Origin: Candidatus Latescibacterota bacterium
GTDB taxonomy: Bacteria > Latescibacterota > UBA2968 > GCA-2709665
Direction: 5' to 3'
Assembly (NCBI GenBank): GCA_965237675.1
Contig: OZ250150.1
Span: forward strand, 96,001-160,000
DNA: 64,000 nucleotides
Made by a program: the position numbers and the translations under genes. Below are positions 20,599 through 31,600 of this stretch, in pieces. The notes under the pieces were generated by a model. That model did no database searches, had not been told where the DNA came from, and saw nothing but the letters and a program-made list of their open reading frames with translations. Each line of letters opens with the position of its first letter. Positions within the stretch are counted from its first letter, which is position 1.

Positions 20599-22563
20599 GT
20601 GAAACTCTCAAAGATACACATTACTGAATTCCAGAGCATTCTGGATTCTAACGAGTTCGAAGTCGATGTTGTCACATGTCTGGTCGGTAAGAATGAAGCA
20701 GGCAAGACCGCATTATTGAAGGCGTTGTACCGTTTGAATCCCATCGTCGAGGAGGACGGCGAATTTGATGTAGCGCTCGACTATCCACGGCGATCCGTAA
20801 GCGACTACGAGGACGACGTTGAAGCGGAACGCCGAGAGCATGCGCAGGTTGTTCAAGCCACGTTTGTGTTGGAGCCCGACGACGTCACGGCCGTCGAGGA
20901 AGTCTTTGGACCTGGATGTCTAAGAGACGAAATACCAACCTTGATACTCCGCAAAGGATTCTCAAACGAGGTCCAATTCAGCGGCCTGAATGTGGACCGT
21001 GAGGCAGCCATCGAGCACCTTGTCGAGACGGCTGGCCTTCCTCAACCGCTTATCGAACGGTTACTGGATTTGAAGAACGTCGACGCGATGTTGGAGGTTC
21101 TTGCTACTGCCGAGCAGACCGAGTCTGTGATGGAGCTAACGCCCAAGCTTACGGAAATTTCCGAGCAAGGCGTTTCTGACGTCGCCTACAACAGTATTCT
21201 CTATGACCGTATTCCGAGATTTCTTTACTTCGACGAGTATTACCAGATGAAGGGTCAAGACAATGTCGACCTGCTCAAGCAGCGCGCTGCTAGCGGTACC
21301 CTTGAGAATTCCGACTATCCGCTCCTGGGCTTAATAGAGCTTGCAGGTCTCAATCTCGACCAACTCACTGATCCGCATAGGACGGAAACCCTAATCTCAA
21401 GGCTTGAAGCTGCTGAGAACCGGCTCACCGACAAAGTGCTTACCTATTGGTCTCAGAACCGACATCTTAGGATGAAGTTTGACATCCGTCCAGCGCAACC
21501 CGAGGACCCGGAAAATATGACCACGGGGATGAATATCTGGGGACGGGTGCAAGACACCAAACATATGGTGAGCACGGCGCTTAGTACACGTTCCCGTGGC
21601 TTTGTCTGGTTTTTCTCTTTTCTCGCTTGGTATTCGCAGCTACGGAAGAAAGGGGAGAACATCATTCTGCTGTTAGACGAACCAGGCCTCTCTCTTCATG
21701 CAAAAGCTCAGGCAGACCTCCTTCGCTATTTCGAAGAGGATCTCAAACCCCATCACCAACTCATCTACACAACCCATTCACCGTTCATGGTTGATTCCGC
21801 ACATTTTGATCGCGTGCGCATTGTCCAGGACCTGAGCATTGAGTCAAATTTCGATGACCTGCACGATGAGGTCCAAGAAGGAACCAAGGTGATCACCGAG
21901 GTCCTCGACGCAACACCGGATAGTCTGTTTCCTCTTCAGGGTGCCCTTGGTTACGAGATTTATCAGACGCTTTTCATTGGCCCAAACTGCCTGGTTGTCG
22001 AGGGGGTCTCCGACCTTCTATACATTCAGACCATTTCGGCCGTTCTTCAGGGGATTGGTAAGGAAAGCCTGAGTAATGATTGGACTATAACCCCTGTTGG
22101 CGGTTCTGACAAGGTACCAACCTTTGTTGCTCTGATTGGTGCGCAGACCAATTTGAACCTCGCGGTACTTATTGATTACCAGAAGAAAGATAGCCAGAGG
22201 ATCGAAGATCTGTTCAAGAGAAAGCTACTGAAAAAGCAGAATGTCTTCACCTATGCAGACTATGTCCAAGGTTGCGAAGCCGACATCGAGGATATGTTTG
22301 AACCTGAGTTCTATCTGAAGCTGGTGAACCGAACCTATTGCTTATCCGTTTTATTGACGGATCTACCGGGAAATCATCCACGAATCACCCATCAATTAGA
22401 AGAATATCTGCAAGGCAGGCCACTTCCAAACAATGAGAAGTTCAACCACTATCGACCCGCTCGCCACTTTAGCGAAAATATCGGTTGTTTTGAGAGTGAA
22501 TTGAGCGAATCGGTGCTTGGTCGATTCGAGAAAGCCTTCAATAGACTGAACAAACTGTTGTAG
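20599..22563 (+). CDS. OLD-family ABC ATPase + TOPRIM nuclease
   Basis: GKNEAGKT, LLLDEPG, TTHSP; TOPRIM-like VVEGVSD, IDYQKKD, DIEDMF. Confidence 0.85.
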   Translation: MKLSKIHITEFQSILDSNEFEVDVVTCLVGKNEAGKTALLKALYRLNPIVEEDGEFDVALDYPRRSVSDYEDDVEAERREHAQVVQATFVLEPDDVTAVEEVFGPGCLRDEIPTLILRKGFSNEVQFSGLNVDREAAIEHLVETAGLPQPLIERLLDLKNVDAMLEVLATAEQTESVMELTPKLTEISEQGVSDVAYNSILYDRIPRFLYFDEYYQMKGQDNVDLLKQRAASGTLENSDYPLLGLIELAGLNLDQLTDPHRTETLISRLEAAENRLTDKVLTYWSQNRHLRMKFDIRPAQPEDPENMTTGMNIWGRVQDTKHMVSTALSTRSRGFVWFFSFLAWYSQLRKKGENIILLLDEPGLSLHAKAQADLLRYFEEDLKPHHQLIYTTHSPFMVDSAHFDRVRIVQDLSIESNFDDLHDEVQEGTKVITEVLDATPDSLFPLQGALGYEIYQTLFIGPNCLVVEGVSDLLYIQTISAVLQGIGKESLSNDWTITPVGGSDKVPTFVALIGAQTNLNLAVLIDYQKKDSQRIEDLFKRKLLKKQNVFTYADYVQGCEADIEDMFEPEFYLKLVNRTYCLSVLLTDLPGNHPRITHQLEEYLQGRPLPNNEKFNHYRPARHFSENIGCFESELSESVLGRFEKAFNRLNKLL

Positions 22564-23018
22564 AACCCGGTGACTGAATTTGCGGAGGTTTCTCCTCGGA
22601 TCCGTGCGTCCTATACTTGACGGTTGTTGGCAATGTTTATAGAGCTCCAAACTTGGATGGCGTTCCAAGAGAACATGCCTCGCTCGTCGCAATTCGCCAC
22701 TCATCCACCTACCACCCGTGCGACGCTGCATTTATCCCAACAGGAAGAACATAAGTTGTTGCTGTCCGCATTCCTATAATTCACTAGTACAAGATTCCCA
22801 GTCAAGATTCGCGAGGACTCGCTTTCGTATAGAACAGAGCCTTTGATGCGGTTATTCGTGTCGCCCTTTCAGAAAAAGTAATCATGAAAAAACCGATGTT
22901 CAACTGTGCGGCAACCACGGCAATTATTCGTCATGGCGCCGCTTTCGATATTGGGCAGTCAGCGAGCATAATCCAGGACTCTATTTCCCGTAAAGGCAGC
23001 TGAAAAAGGGAGGCCGTC

Positions 23019-23577
23019 ATGTACGCCCTATACGACAAAGTCTCGAAGAGGGGTTCATATCACTACGGTTTTCGCGAAAAAATATCGCTATTTGGGTGCA
23101 TTGTGGGCAAAATACCACGGTTACTCAGACGACGACTATCAGATGACTCAACAGAACCGTTACCCTGGCACGTGGATGTTGAACGCGGACTGCAGGAACG
23201 CGGAGTGGATAATCAGACATTTGTTTTTGACCTAAAGCCGAACAGCAAAAGACCGAATATCTCTCTATTATGAAGTAGTAGACGTGTGGGGTTACTCCGA
23301 CTCGGGATGGACACCCATTCTCCTGCATCTTCGAGGCCTGTTGATTGGCGAAGACCCGAGGAATTTTGACAGAGGACATTTCGTTCGCGAACGGAAGCAG
23401 CTTGATGATCCTATTTTTTCGATGATGCACCTTAGAGGAACGGTAAAGTATGGCCAACTTGAGGGTCCTTGGACCCCTCCGGGGCCAAGTCCGACGAATT
23501 CTGTGATACATTGGCCAGACGCTTATGAATTTTTCCAACAGCAAGCTCACCAGTTGATAAAGAAGCTGACGACTTGA
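23019..23577 (+). pseudogene. Hypothetical protein, probably frameshifted near 23268
   Basis: Two consecutive ORFs. Removing one T gives ISL-YEVVDVWGYSDSGWTP. Confidence 0.45.
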
Positions 23578-23715
23578 GTTCTGGATCTAAGGCAATTCGT
23601 GAGGCCTATTCGCGATCTGATCGTGGTCGCCCCGTCCCTATTGATTGTCACGTCGCAGACATTCGACAAATAGACGCTCTCCTAACCAGCAATTGGCCGC
23701 TAATGAAACCGACAA

Positions 23716-23985
23716 ATGGACGCTAACCGTTCCCTGTTTCCCCGCTCGCTGGAACCCGTAATCCGGGAGGCTTTGGTCGACACGCCGGTGGTCTGTCTGC
23801 TCGGACCGCGGCAAAGCGGGAAAACGACGCTCGTGCAGCAGCTCGCGCCCGATCGTGCGTTCGTCAGCTTGGACGAGCATAGCTACTATCAGACCGCCCA
23901 GGCCGATCCGGCCGGTTTCGTCGCCAGCCTGCCGGTGGCAGTGACCCTGGAGCAGTTCGGTCTGGGAAATGTGCGTAGTCTATAG
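23716..23985 (+). pseudogene. AAA_14/DUF4143-type ATPase N-terminal fragment
   Basis: DTPVVCLLGPRQSGKTTL, truncated after ~80 aa. Confidence 0.8.
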
Positions 23986-24175
23986 GACAATCCGCTTTCC
24001 GGTCCGAACCGAGTATCCAGTTTCGTCTCTTTTGCGCTCGGCGAGGTAGTTCAAGTGGAAATTACAAATCGCAAGAGTTAAACTACGTACGTTACCTACG
24101 CCTGCCTACGACTAACGCAGCCAAGGACGAATTCCAATGGCGCGTGTGCCAGTACAACAACTGAAAAAAGGAAGT

Positions 24176-25123
24176 ATGCCGCGTCTCTACAGCCGCCAGC
24201 GCCTGTTACTCGGGTTGCTCGACGCGATTGGCGGAGACATGAGCAATACGGACTTTCAGAAGCTTCTATTTCTCTACTGTAAAGAGCTTTCATCACACGG
24301 GGCAACTCAAGGACTTTACGACTTTGTCCCCTACCATTATGGCGCATTCTCGTTTACCAGCTATGCCGACCGCCGCCGCCTGGTGGATTGGGGGCTGCTT
24401 GTGGATAACGACCAGAAATGGGTCCTAACAGAAAACGGGAGTAATATCGCGGGGAATGCAACAAGCAGCGCGATTCGTTCGTTCGCGTATCGATATCGAA
24501 GCGTGCGAGGGGATGCGCTCGTTGCGGATACCTACCGGCGGTATCCGTATTATGCGATACGCAGTGAAATTGCAGACCAGGTCCTCCAGGACGATCAGCC
24601 GACACTTGATCGGATTGAATCCACTCGCCCTCAAGCAGCACCGTCGCGGCTTTTCACCATCGGTTACGAAGGGCGAACGCTGGAATCTTATCTCAATCTG
24701 CTTATTCGCGAAGGCGCGACCCTATTGTGCGACGTGAGACGGAACGCGATCAGCCGAAAGTACGGCTTCTCGAAGACCACACTTGAACGGGCTTGCTCTG
24801 GAGTAGGAATTCGTTACGAACATCTTCCGGAGCTTGGAATAGCTTCCCGTCGACGCCGAGGTCTCAAGACGGAAGCGGATTTCAAAAACCTTTTCGAGAC
24901 CTATGAACAGAAGATCCTGCCAAATCAAGGCGATGCCTTGGAGAAAATCCGAGCTTGGTTGAGGTCGGGCGAGTCCGTCGCACTCACCTGTTTCGAACTT
25001 CAGGCCGACCAGTGCCATCGTCATTGCGTCGCTAACGCGCTCGAAAAGAAAACCGACCAGGACGATCCTGCAGAACGAGAAGGTCGACCCTTCCTCCCCC
25101 ACGACGGCGTAAAACACCTTTGA
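24176..25123 (+). CDS. DUF488 protein with N-terminal winged-helix-like domain
   Basis: DFQKLLF..FVPYHYGAFS; FTIGYEG, DVRR, YEHLPELG, CFE....CHR. Confidence 0.85.
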   Translation: MPRLYSRQRLLLGLLDAIGGDMSNTDFQKLLFLYCKELSSHGATQGLYDFVPYHYGAFSFTSYADRRRLVDWGLLVDNDQKWVLTENGSNIAGNATSSAIRSFAYRYRSVRGDALVADTYRRYPYYAIRSEIADQVLQDDQPTLDRIESTRPQAAPSRLFTIGYEGRTLESYLNLLIREGATLLCDVRRNAISRKYGFSKTTLERACSGVGIRYEHLPELGIASRRRRGLKTEADFKNLFETYEQKILPNQGDALEKIRAWLRSGESVALTCFELQADQCHRHCVANALEKKTDQDDPAEREGRPFLPHDGVKHL

Positions 25124-25316
25124 CCGACTTCGCCAGGACGTAGTGCTATCCGGTTTTAGCTGACGGCGGAATGTTGCTCGTACTGGCAGACACAAGACCC
25201 CGATTAACAATTCGTCGGGGTCTTTTCTGTGTCGAACAGCGGCCCGAGATCGTCGCAAAATGCGACGCATTTGGCTCACGGGTGAATTGACCGCCAACGT
25301 CGATTTTCATATATTG
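25124..25316 (+). promoter_or_regulatory. Repeated regulatory module, copy 3
   Basis: AAGACCCCGA..TCGGGGTCTT hairpin; CGTCGCA-AAA-TGCGACG; TTGACC(25287)-N17-TATATT(25310). Confidence 0.75.
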
Positions 25317-25669
25317 GTTCTCTGGCTAATAGCCTCCGTCCAAGATAGTTTGGCTGAAGTTGACCGTTGTTTGCGCTATGAGGATTATATCCAACAAAGG
25401 TACGGACCGCATGGTCCATCTCATCCGGCTCTCGCTATCGCCCGGGCCAATGTTGCAGAGGGTGTAAAGAATGACCGACGGCTTTCCGTGTGCGCTCGAC
25501 CACATCCGATCCATAGCGGACTCGGAATCAGCTAAGGAACGGCTCTTCGAGCTACACAATAGACTTCAGAATCGCTTTAAAATCAAGACTTTATCCTCTT
25601 TCTTAATTCGGACTTTACACAGTCACTGCATCTCTCACGCTCGCAATTGCAAATGTCAGGCATAATGTC

Positions 25670-28600
25670 GTGAACGAAGGCACCAACAAAGACCGCTCGC
25701 CCGACGTCGATGTCCGGCGCAAAGCCGGAATTGTCCGAAGCCCGCTCGATGAAATCAAGGCGATCCAGACCCTGTTGGCGGACGTCTATAAGGATGCCGG
25801 AGACGGACGGACGCTGTTCCGGGAGCTCGTTCAGAACGCCGACGACGCCGGCGCACGACGGCTCAGGCTCACGGTGCTGGAGCGCGGCTGGCCCGACGCA
25901 CCTAACAGCCTGCTCCGCGGCCCGGCCCTGCTGGTAGCGAACGACGGGCCGTTCCCTGCCAAGGACCGCGAGGCTTTGCACAAGGCCATCGGCGGATCCA
26001 AAGAGGACGACGCCAGCAAGATCGGAACGTTCGGCATTGGGCTGAAGAGCGTGTTTCATATCTGCGAGGCGTTCATCTACATCGGTGCTGAGAAGTCGGA
26101 GTGGCGGGCAGGTGTTCTAAACCCGTGGGCCGGGACCGGAGAGAGCGGAGAAGCAGACCCTGTTCACCCCGAGTGGGCTGAGGTCGACGAGCGGCTTCAG
26201 GCCGTGGCGACGGAGTTGATCGGGGATACGAGCAGCGGCCTAATGCTATGGATTCCACTGCGGCGTCCTGAGCATTTGGACCGGGGAGTGGATTGTAGTG
26301 AATATGGAGTAGGGCAACGGTGCACCGAGCCAGAAGAACTCTGCGCTTGGTTCGGGAACTCGGCTTCTCCGGCGCTACTGCTGGCGCAGTGCGGGCATCT
26401 CAAATCTATCGAAGTACACCTCACTGTAGGGCCGGAGAGCCTGCATGATCCCCAGAGACTGGCGCGCGTGGATCGGAAAAAAGACGAATGGGTGGGACGA
26501 CATAAAGATGACAGTCACGAACGGACCACGCGACCTTTCGAAGGTACCATTGAATCTGACGAGCGGAGTTGGTACGTCGTCGGAATCGAGGCGCTAGGCG
26601 GTGACAGCTTGCGTAAGATTCGGTCGCAGCCCAATTGGCCGCAATCTCCGCAGTGGTACGACGGTCGCCATTCCACGGTGCCGAGGAAGGCTCTTGCTCA
26701 CGCTGCGATTTCCGTGCTGAGGCCCGATGCTACGAATACCGAGCTCTTGGGAACGCGAATTCGGTGGGCCGTGTTCCTGCCGCTAGACGACGATCCTGAG
26801 CCGCGTTCCAGCGAGATCGTCGAGAGTGCAGGCACCTCTCCTACCTGGGAGATAATACTGCACGGCTACTTCTGGCCGTCCCAAGACCGAAGGTCCATTC
26901 CCGGCGTCACCGATGTTCTTGGCAACCGTGCGGGCGAAACCGACATGCGTAACCGTTGGAATCGCGCAGTTTGCGATGACTTGCTTTTACCGTTGCTGCC
27001 AAGTGCCCTCGCAAGAGCAGTTGACGGGATAGAGGAACGCGTGGCGCGGAGGCTCCTGGATACTGTTGCCAATTCGAAGATCGTTTTGCACCGCTCAGAC
27101 GCGGTGAAGCGCCGACATTGGCTCCTGCCACTGGTTGCTGCCGACGGGGTTCGATGGGAAGTACGGGACCCGAAAGCGTGTCGCGTTCTTTCCATCCCGA
27201 AATGGAGTCGGGCGCCGGTCGTCGTACGCAGGCAGTTCTTGGCCACCTGGGACCAATGCACGGACGATGTGGTGTTCATTGACGACGACGCGCCAGGTCT
27301 CGTAGGCGAAATCGATGATTGGACGGTTGACCACCTCGAACGCCTGCTGAACAGCATTCCGAACGACGCGTTCGCCGCTCCGCAAGACATGAAGTGGATC
27401 GGCCAAATTATCCGCCACGTTCTCGGCGAATACGCCAACGGCGGCGACATTCTCCCTGTCTTGGTTGTTCGCTGGATCGTCGAGAGAATCGGTCAGGGGG
27501 TACTGACCCAAACGACCCGCCGTGTGTCCGACGAATCACAACGCATTGCCCGTGAAGAGTTGAGGTGTGCCTGGAGATACTTGTTGGCAGCACTGCCGAA
27601 CGAGTGGTTGCTGGATGCGCCCTTGGAAAGCCAGCGGGCAGTCGCCGAACTTGCCGCGGAGGGAGTGATTGGCGAGGGGCTCGTCCCGGTCCCATTCGGG
27701 AGCGAATTAGAACCGCTACCTTCTCGGCCCGATCCAAAGCGACTGGATAATGCGTTGTGTGTCCTGGGTCGGCAGCTGGCGGCGGGTGGTGAATCCGAGA
27801 GATTGCGGCACTCCCGGCTTCTCCTTGCCGAGACCCTGCTTTCTATACGAGGCGACAATCTTCCTTTGAACGATTTGGAGACGCTGCCGTTGCTGCGAGT
27901 AACCAGGATGCCGGAGGATCGGGAGGAAGCTTGGTCCGTGTACAAGCTACGCCGCCAGACCAACACCCGCCGGGTGTTCGCCAGCCAGCCTTCCGTCAAG
28001 GACTCGGATGTACATCAACCGGGACGTTTGTCAGATCCAAAACGGGCGGTAGCAGAACTCGCCACAGCAATTTACGAGGACATTTGGATTCTAATTGACG
28101 CTCGAGTAGCAGCCCTTACGGGTACGCCCTCACCCACCCCAGATGCTCTAGCAAGAGCCGTGATTGGAGCAAAGACGTTCCACCCAGAACCCACGCAGCG
28201 CAAGCACTTAGTCGTCCGGCTCGCACGGGATGGAGGCACCCATGTTTGCGCGGTCCGGGCACTGCTTGCCGGCCGTACTACCGCAGAGGTTGGACAGGAC
28301 ACCGAACTCTTCTTTGCACCGCGCCAGTCTGTTCATGAGCAACAGACATTGGATATTCTGCTTCGTCTTCTCTGCCAGTCTTGGCGAGAAGTCAATGTGG
28401 AGTTGGTGGAATCGCTCTCGCACAACCTCGTTCAAGACCTTTCCGTAAGTCGGGCCGATGCCGGCGCATTTCATCGCCTGCTAAATGACTGTCTGAACAA
28501 AACAGTGGACTGGGCTGGGCTCAGCGACGAGGATGTGCTGCATCTGCTCCAACACTTGTACGGCGGGATGGCTGAAGACCAAGAGCGATGGCGTGCAATG

Positions 28601-31600
28601 CCGCTTCATCGTGACGTTGATGGGAAACGCGGCCCGTTTGATGACCGAGCACTGAGGACAGCAGAAGGTTCGAATGAACTGCGGTTGCCACCGGAACTCG
28701 ATATGACGGTGCGTCTTCTGGATCCGGACCCGTCAGTCGCCCATCTCTACGTTTCGGTTCCTGTTATGGACCGTGATGGCATTCTTCAACGGATGTTGGA
28801 GGACTCGCGCCCGTGGCGCTTCGCCGAATGGATAGTGCAAAGTATTCGGTCCGCCGATGGCAAAATGACGCTGCCACAAGACTCCGACCTGCGCGAACGC
28901 CTGAGACACACATGTTGGCTGCCGGTCGGCGATGACGACGGTGTCGCGCCAGAAGCCGTGCTGATCGCCCCGAAGGAATTGCTGCAGGAAGTCGCCGGAC
29001 TCGCCGTGGCCCGTGCTTTCGGCGACAAACGGCTTCCCGAAGAGGTTCATCCGGAGACATGGCAGATCGCTGAACGGGTTGTTCGAGAAATCCTCGGGCG
29101 TTTGAGTCAGGACCGCCAAGTACAGCGGATTGTGGACGCCTTGTATCCCGATCAAGTCGCGCAGGTGAGTGGTGGTGCATATCTGGTCATGACGGATCCC
29201 GAACTCATCGACGCTTCCCTGATCGAGGACGCCCTGAAAACAACCCTCGTCGATAGCCATCTCGGCTGGAAACTTGTGAATACCTTCCAACGTGTTTTGA
29301 GACACAGCGGTGGTGCTGGATCCCGAGATGCTTCAGAACCGCTCCTGAAGTTGGTGAGAGCGCTCTGTGCGCCCGTACCGCCCGTGCATCAGATTACGAT
29401 GCTGAAGGTCCTCGCCCAATCAAGGCCGGTAAGAGAATCACCGGGTGGACACCTGTTCGGCGAACTATTGGACTGCTTCGCAAAGACGGACGAGTTCTTC
29501 AAGTGCGTTCTGTCAAAGATCGAATTGCCGACGCAGGATGGCAATTGGCATACGAGCCGGGACGTCGCGAGATCCGAGTCCGGCGTGGCACTACGGCACC
29601 GACTCATTTACGAACTCCGCTCCAGCCTCAGATTGAACGGTGACCAGCCGGTACCTCAAAGGAGTAATGTTAAAGGCGGTGAGCGTAGAACTGGACCCGA
29701 TGCCCTAAAGGCTCTTGAGAAATACTTCGAATCGTGGCGCGAGCGAGTCTCGCCGAGCGCTGTGGGCGCGTTCCTGAGTCTGTTGGGCGATGGCCTGCGT
29801 GGCAGCACAGCGAACCTTGCCCAGCGATGGCTTGGCGAAGATGTGAGCCTTAAGGACTTGCGTTCAATGTTGGCAGCCGCAAATCGTTCTGTCCCCTTCG
29901 CCGGAGTCAACGTCTCGGTAAAGCCGGATTTCGCGCGGGGTAACCGAGTTATTGCGATGAACGTCGTTGGATCTTGGGTCGAGATGGAGGCCGACGCCGA
30001 TAACGAGAGTCTGTTTGCAGTCGATCCGGTCAATTATCCCCCCTCCAGGCTCTCAGCACTCGCGGAGTTTGGAGGTCCGTTCTGGGAGATCACGCTGCGC
30101 GATGTCGAGCCGCAAACCCGCACACAATCCGATCTCACTGCTTTGCTTGGTAACACCGTCGAGCGGTGGGCCGTCCAATTCCTCAAGCTGGACCGCGAGC
30201 AGGTGAACCATTGGTGGTCTCAATGGGGGACGGGATCCCAAGCAAACCTCGGTCCAGTACTTGCCTCCATCAGGGCGCACCTGCCCTTGACGCTTAGGCA
30301 ACTCGATGTACAGGAACGTGAGCCATTGCGGGATGCCCTCAGAGATGCGGAACAGGCGCAAAGAAAGCGCGAGCAGGCCCATTCAAGACTATCAGAAGCA
30401 ACTCTCAAGGCAGAAAGAGAAATTCTAGACCGCTTGGCGAAGCTCATTGAAGAGCCTGAGCACCAGACGTTCCTGTGGGAGCGGGTCAACGAACTGATGC
30501 GGCGCTACGGCTACGGACCCGAAAGCGTGCTGCTGGAGCTCGCGCAAAATGCCGACGACGCTCTCGCGCAGGCCGCCGAGATCAAGGGTGGTCCGTTGCC
30601 GCCTGCCACTTGCCGCCTCTTGATCCGAGTCTACGAGCATGACTGTACACCTACCTTGGACATTACGCATTGGGGGCGTCCGATCAACGACACTGGAGGC
30701 CCTGCCTTCCCGGAGGGGCGGGAGCGTCAGTGGGATCAGGATCTTTACTTCATGATGCTCATGAATCTGAGCGGCAAGCCCGGCGAAGCACCCGGAAGGG
30801 CTGCGTCGGCCTCGACCACTGGACGCTTCGGCCTCGGCTTCAAGTCCATTCACCTCGTCTCGGAATCCCCATCCGTTGTCAGTGGCTTTATCAACTTTTC
30901 CATTGCCGGCGGATTGCTGCCGCAGGAACGACAGGTCAAGGACGATGCGGATTCGTGGATGGTGGAAGATCGTCGGCCAACCCGCGTCCGGCTACCACTG
31001 CGCCGGGATGTCGATGCGCACACTCTGATCGAACGTCTGTTCCATCGCTTCGCCTACGCACGCGCCCTGTTGCCGGTCTTCGCCCGGCAACTGCGGGAAG
31101 TCGTCGTGGAGGGCGACTCGTTTGCTGGCGTTCACGTCTTTGACGGCAAACCCATTGCCGGTGCGCCAGGGTGGTCGGTCGGTGCCGAAACTGAGCTGCC
31201 CAACCATGAGGGACGTTGGCGGGTACTACGCTTCCGGCCGGCCGACGCGGGACATGAAGGAATGGGCACGGCGGCACTGGCCGTCGGACTCCGGGAGGGC
31301 GTTCCAACACCCTTCGGCCTGGAGATGCCGTTCCTCTGGAATGTCGCCCCCACGAGCGAGAGCTGGGGCTGCGGGTACGCTGTCAACGGTCCCTTCAAGC
31401 TTGACCCCGGCCGAACCCATGTGTCGCTCGATGACGATGCGACCCTTCGGGTGGCTGGCGGCCTCGGTGATGCGCTTGGAAAGGGCTTGATCCAGCTTCA
31501 CGATGCGCTGGTTTGCCGCACGGACGAGGTTCGGAGGCTGTTGGACCACGGGGACAGTCGGAGTTTCCTGACTGCGCTTTGGAAGGTTCTCGCATCCGGC

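Noticed and set aside
20599-22563. Gabija or PARIS call for the OLD gene
   Set aside because: No UvrD-like GajB or separate partner gene adjacent
23019-23045. MYALYDKV resembles the N-terminus of group II intron RTs
   Set aside because: Only ~8 residues; no YADD or other RT motif and no intron domain V seen
2815-25316. Repeated module as integron attC sites or CRISPR repeats
   Set aside because: No RYYYAAC/GTTRRRY boundaries identified, no integrase or cas gene, irregular multi-kb spacing. No CRISPR array seen anywhere in the window.
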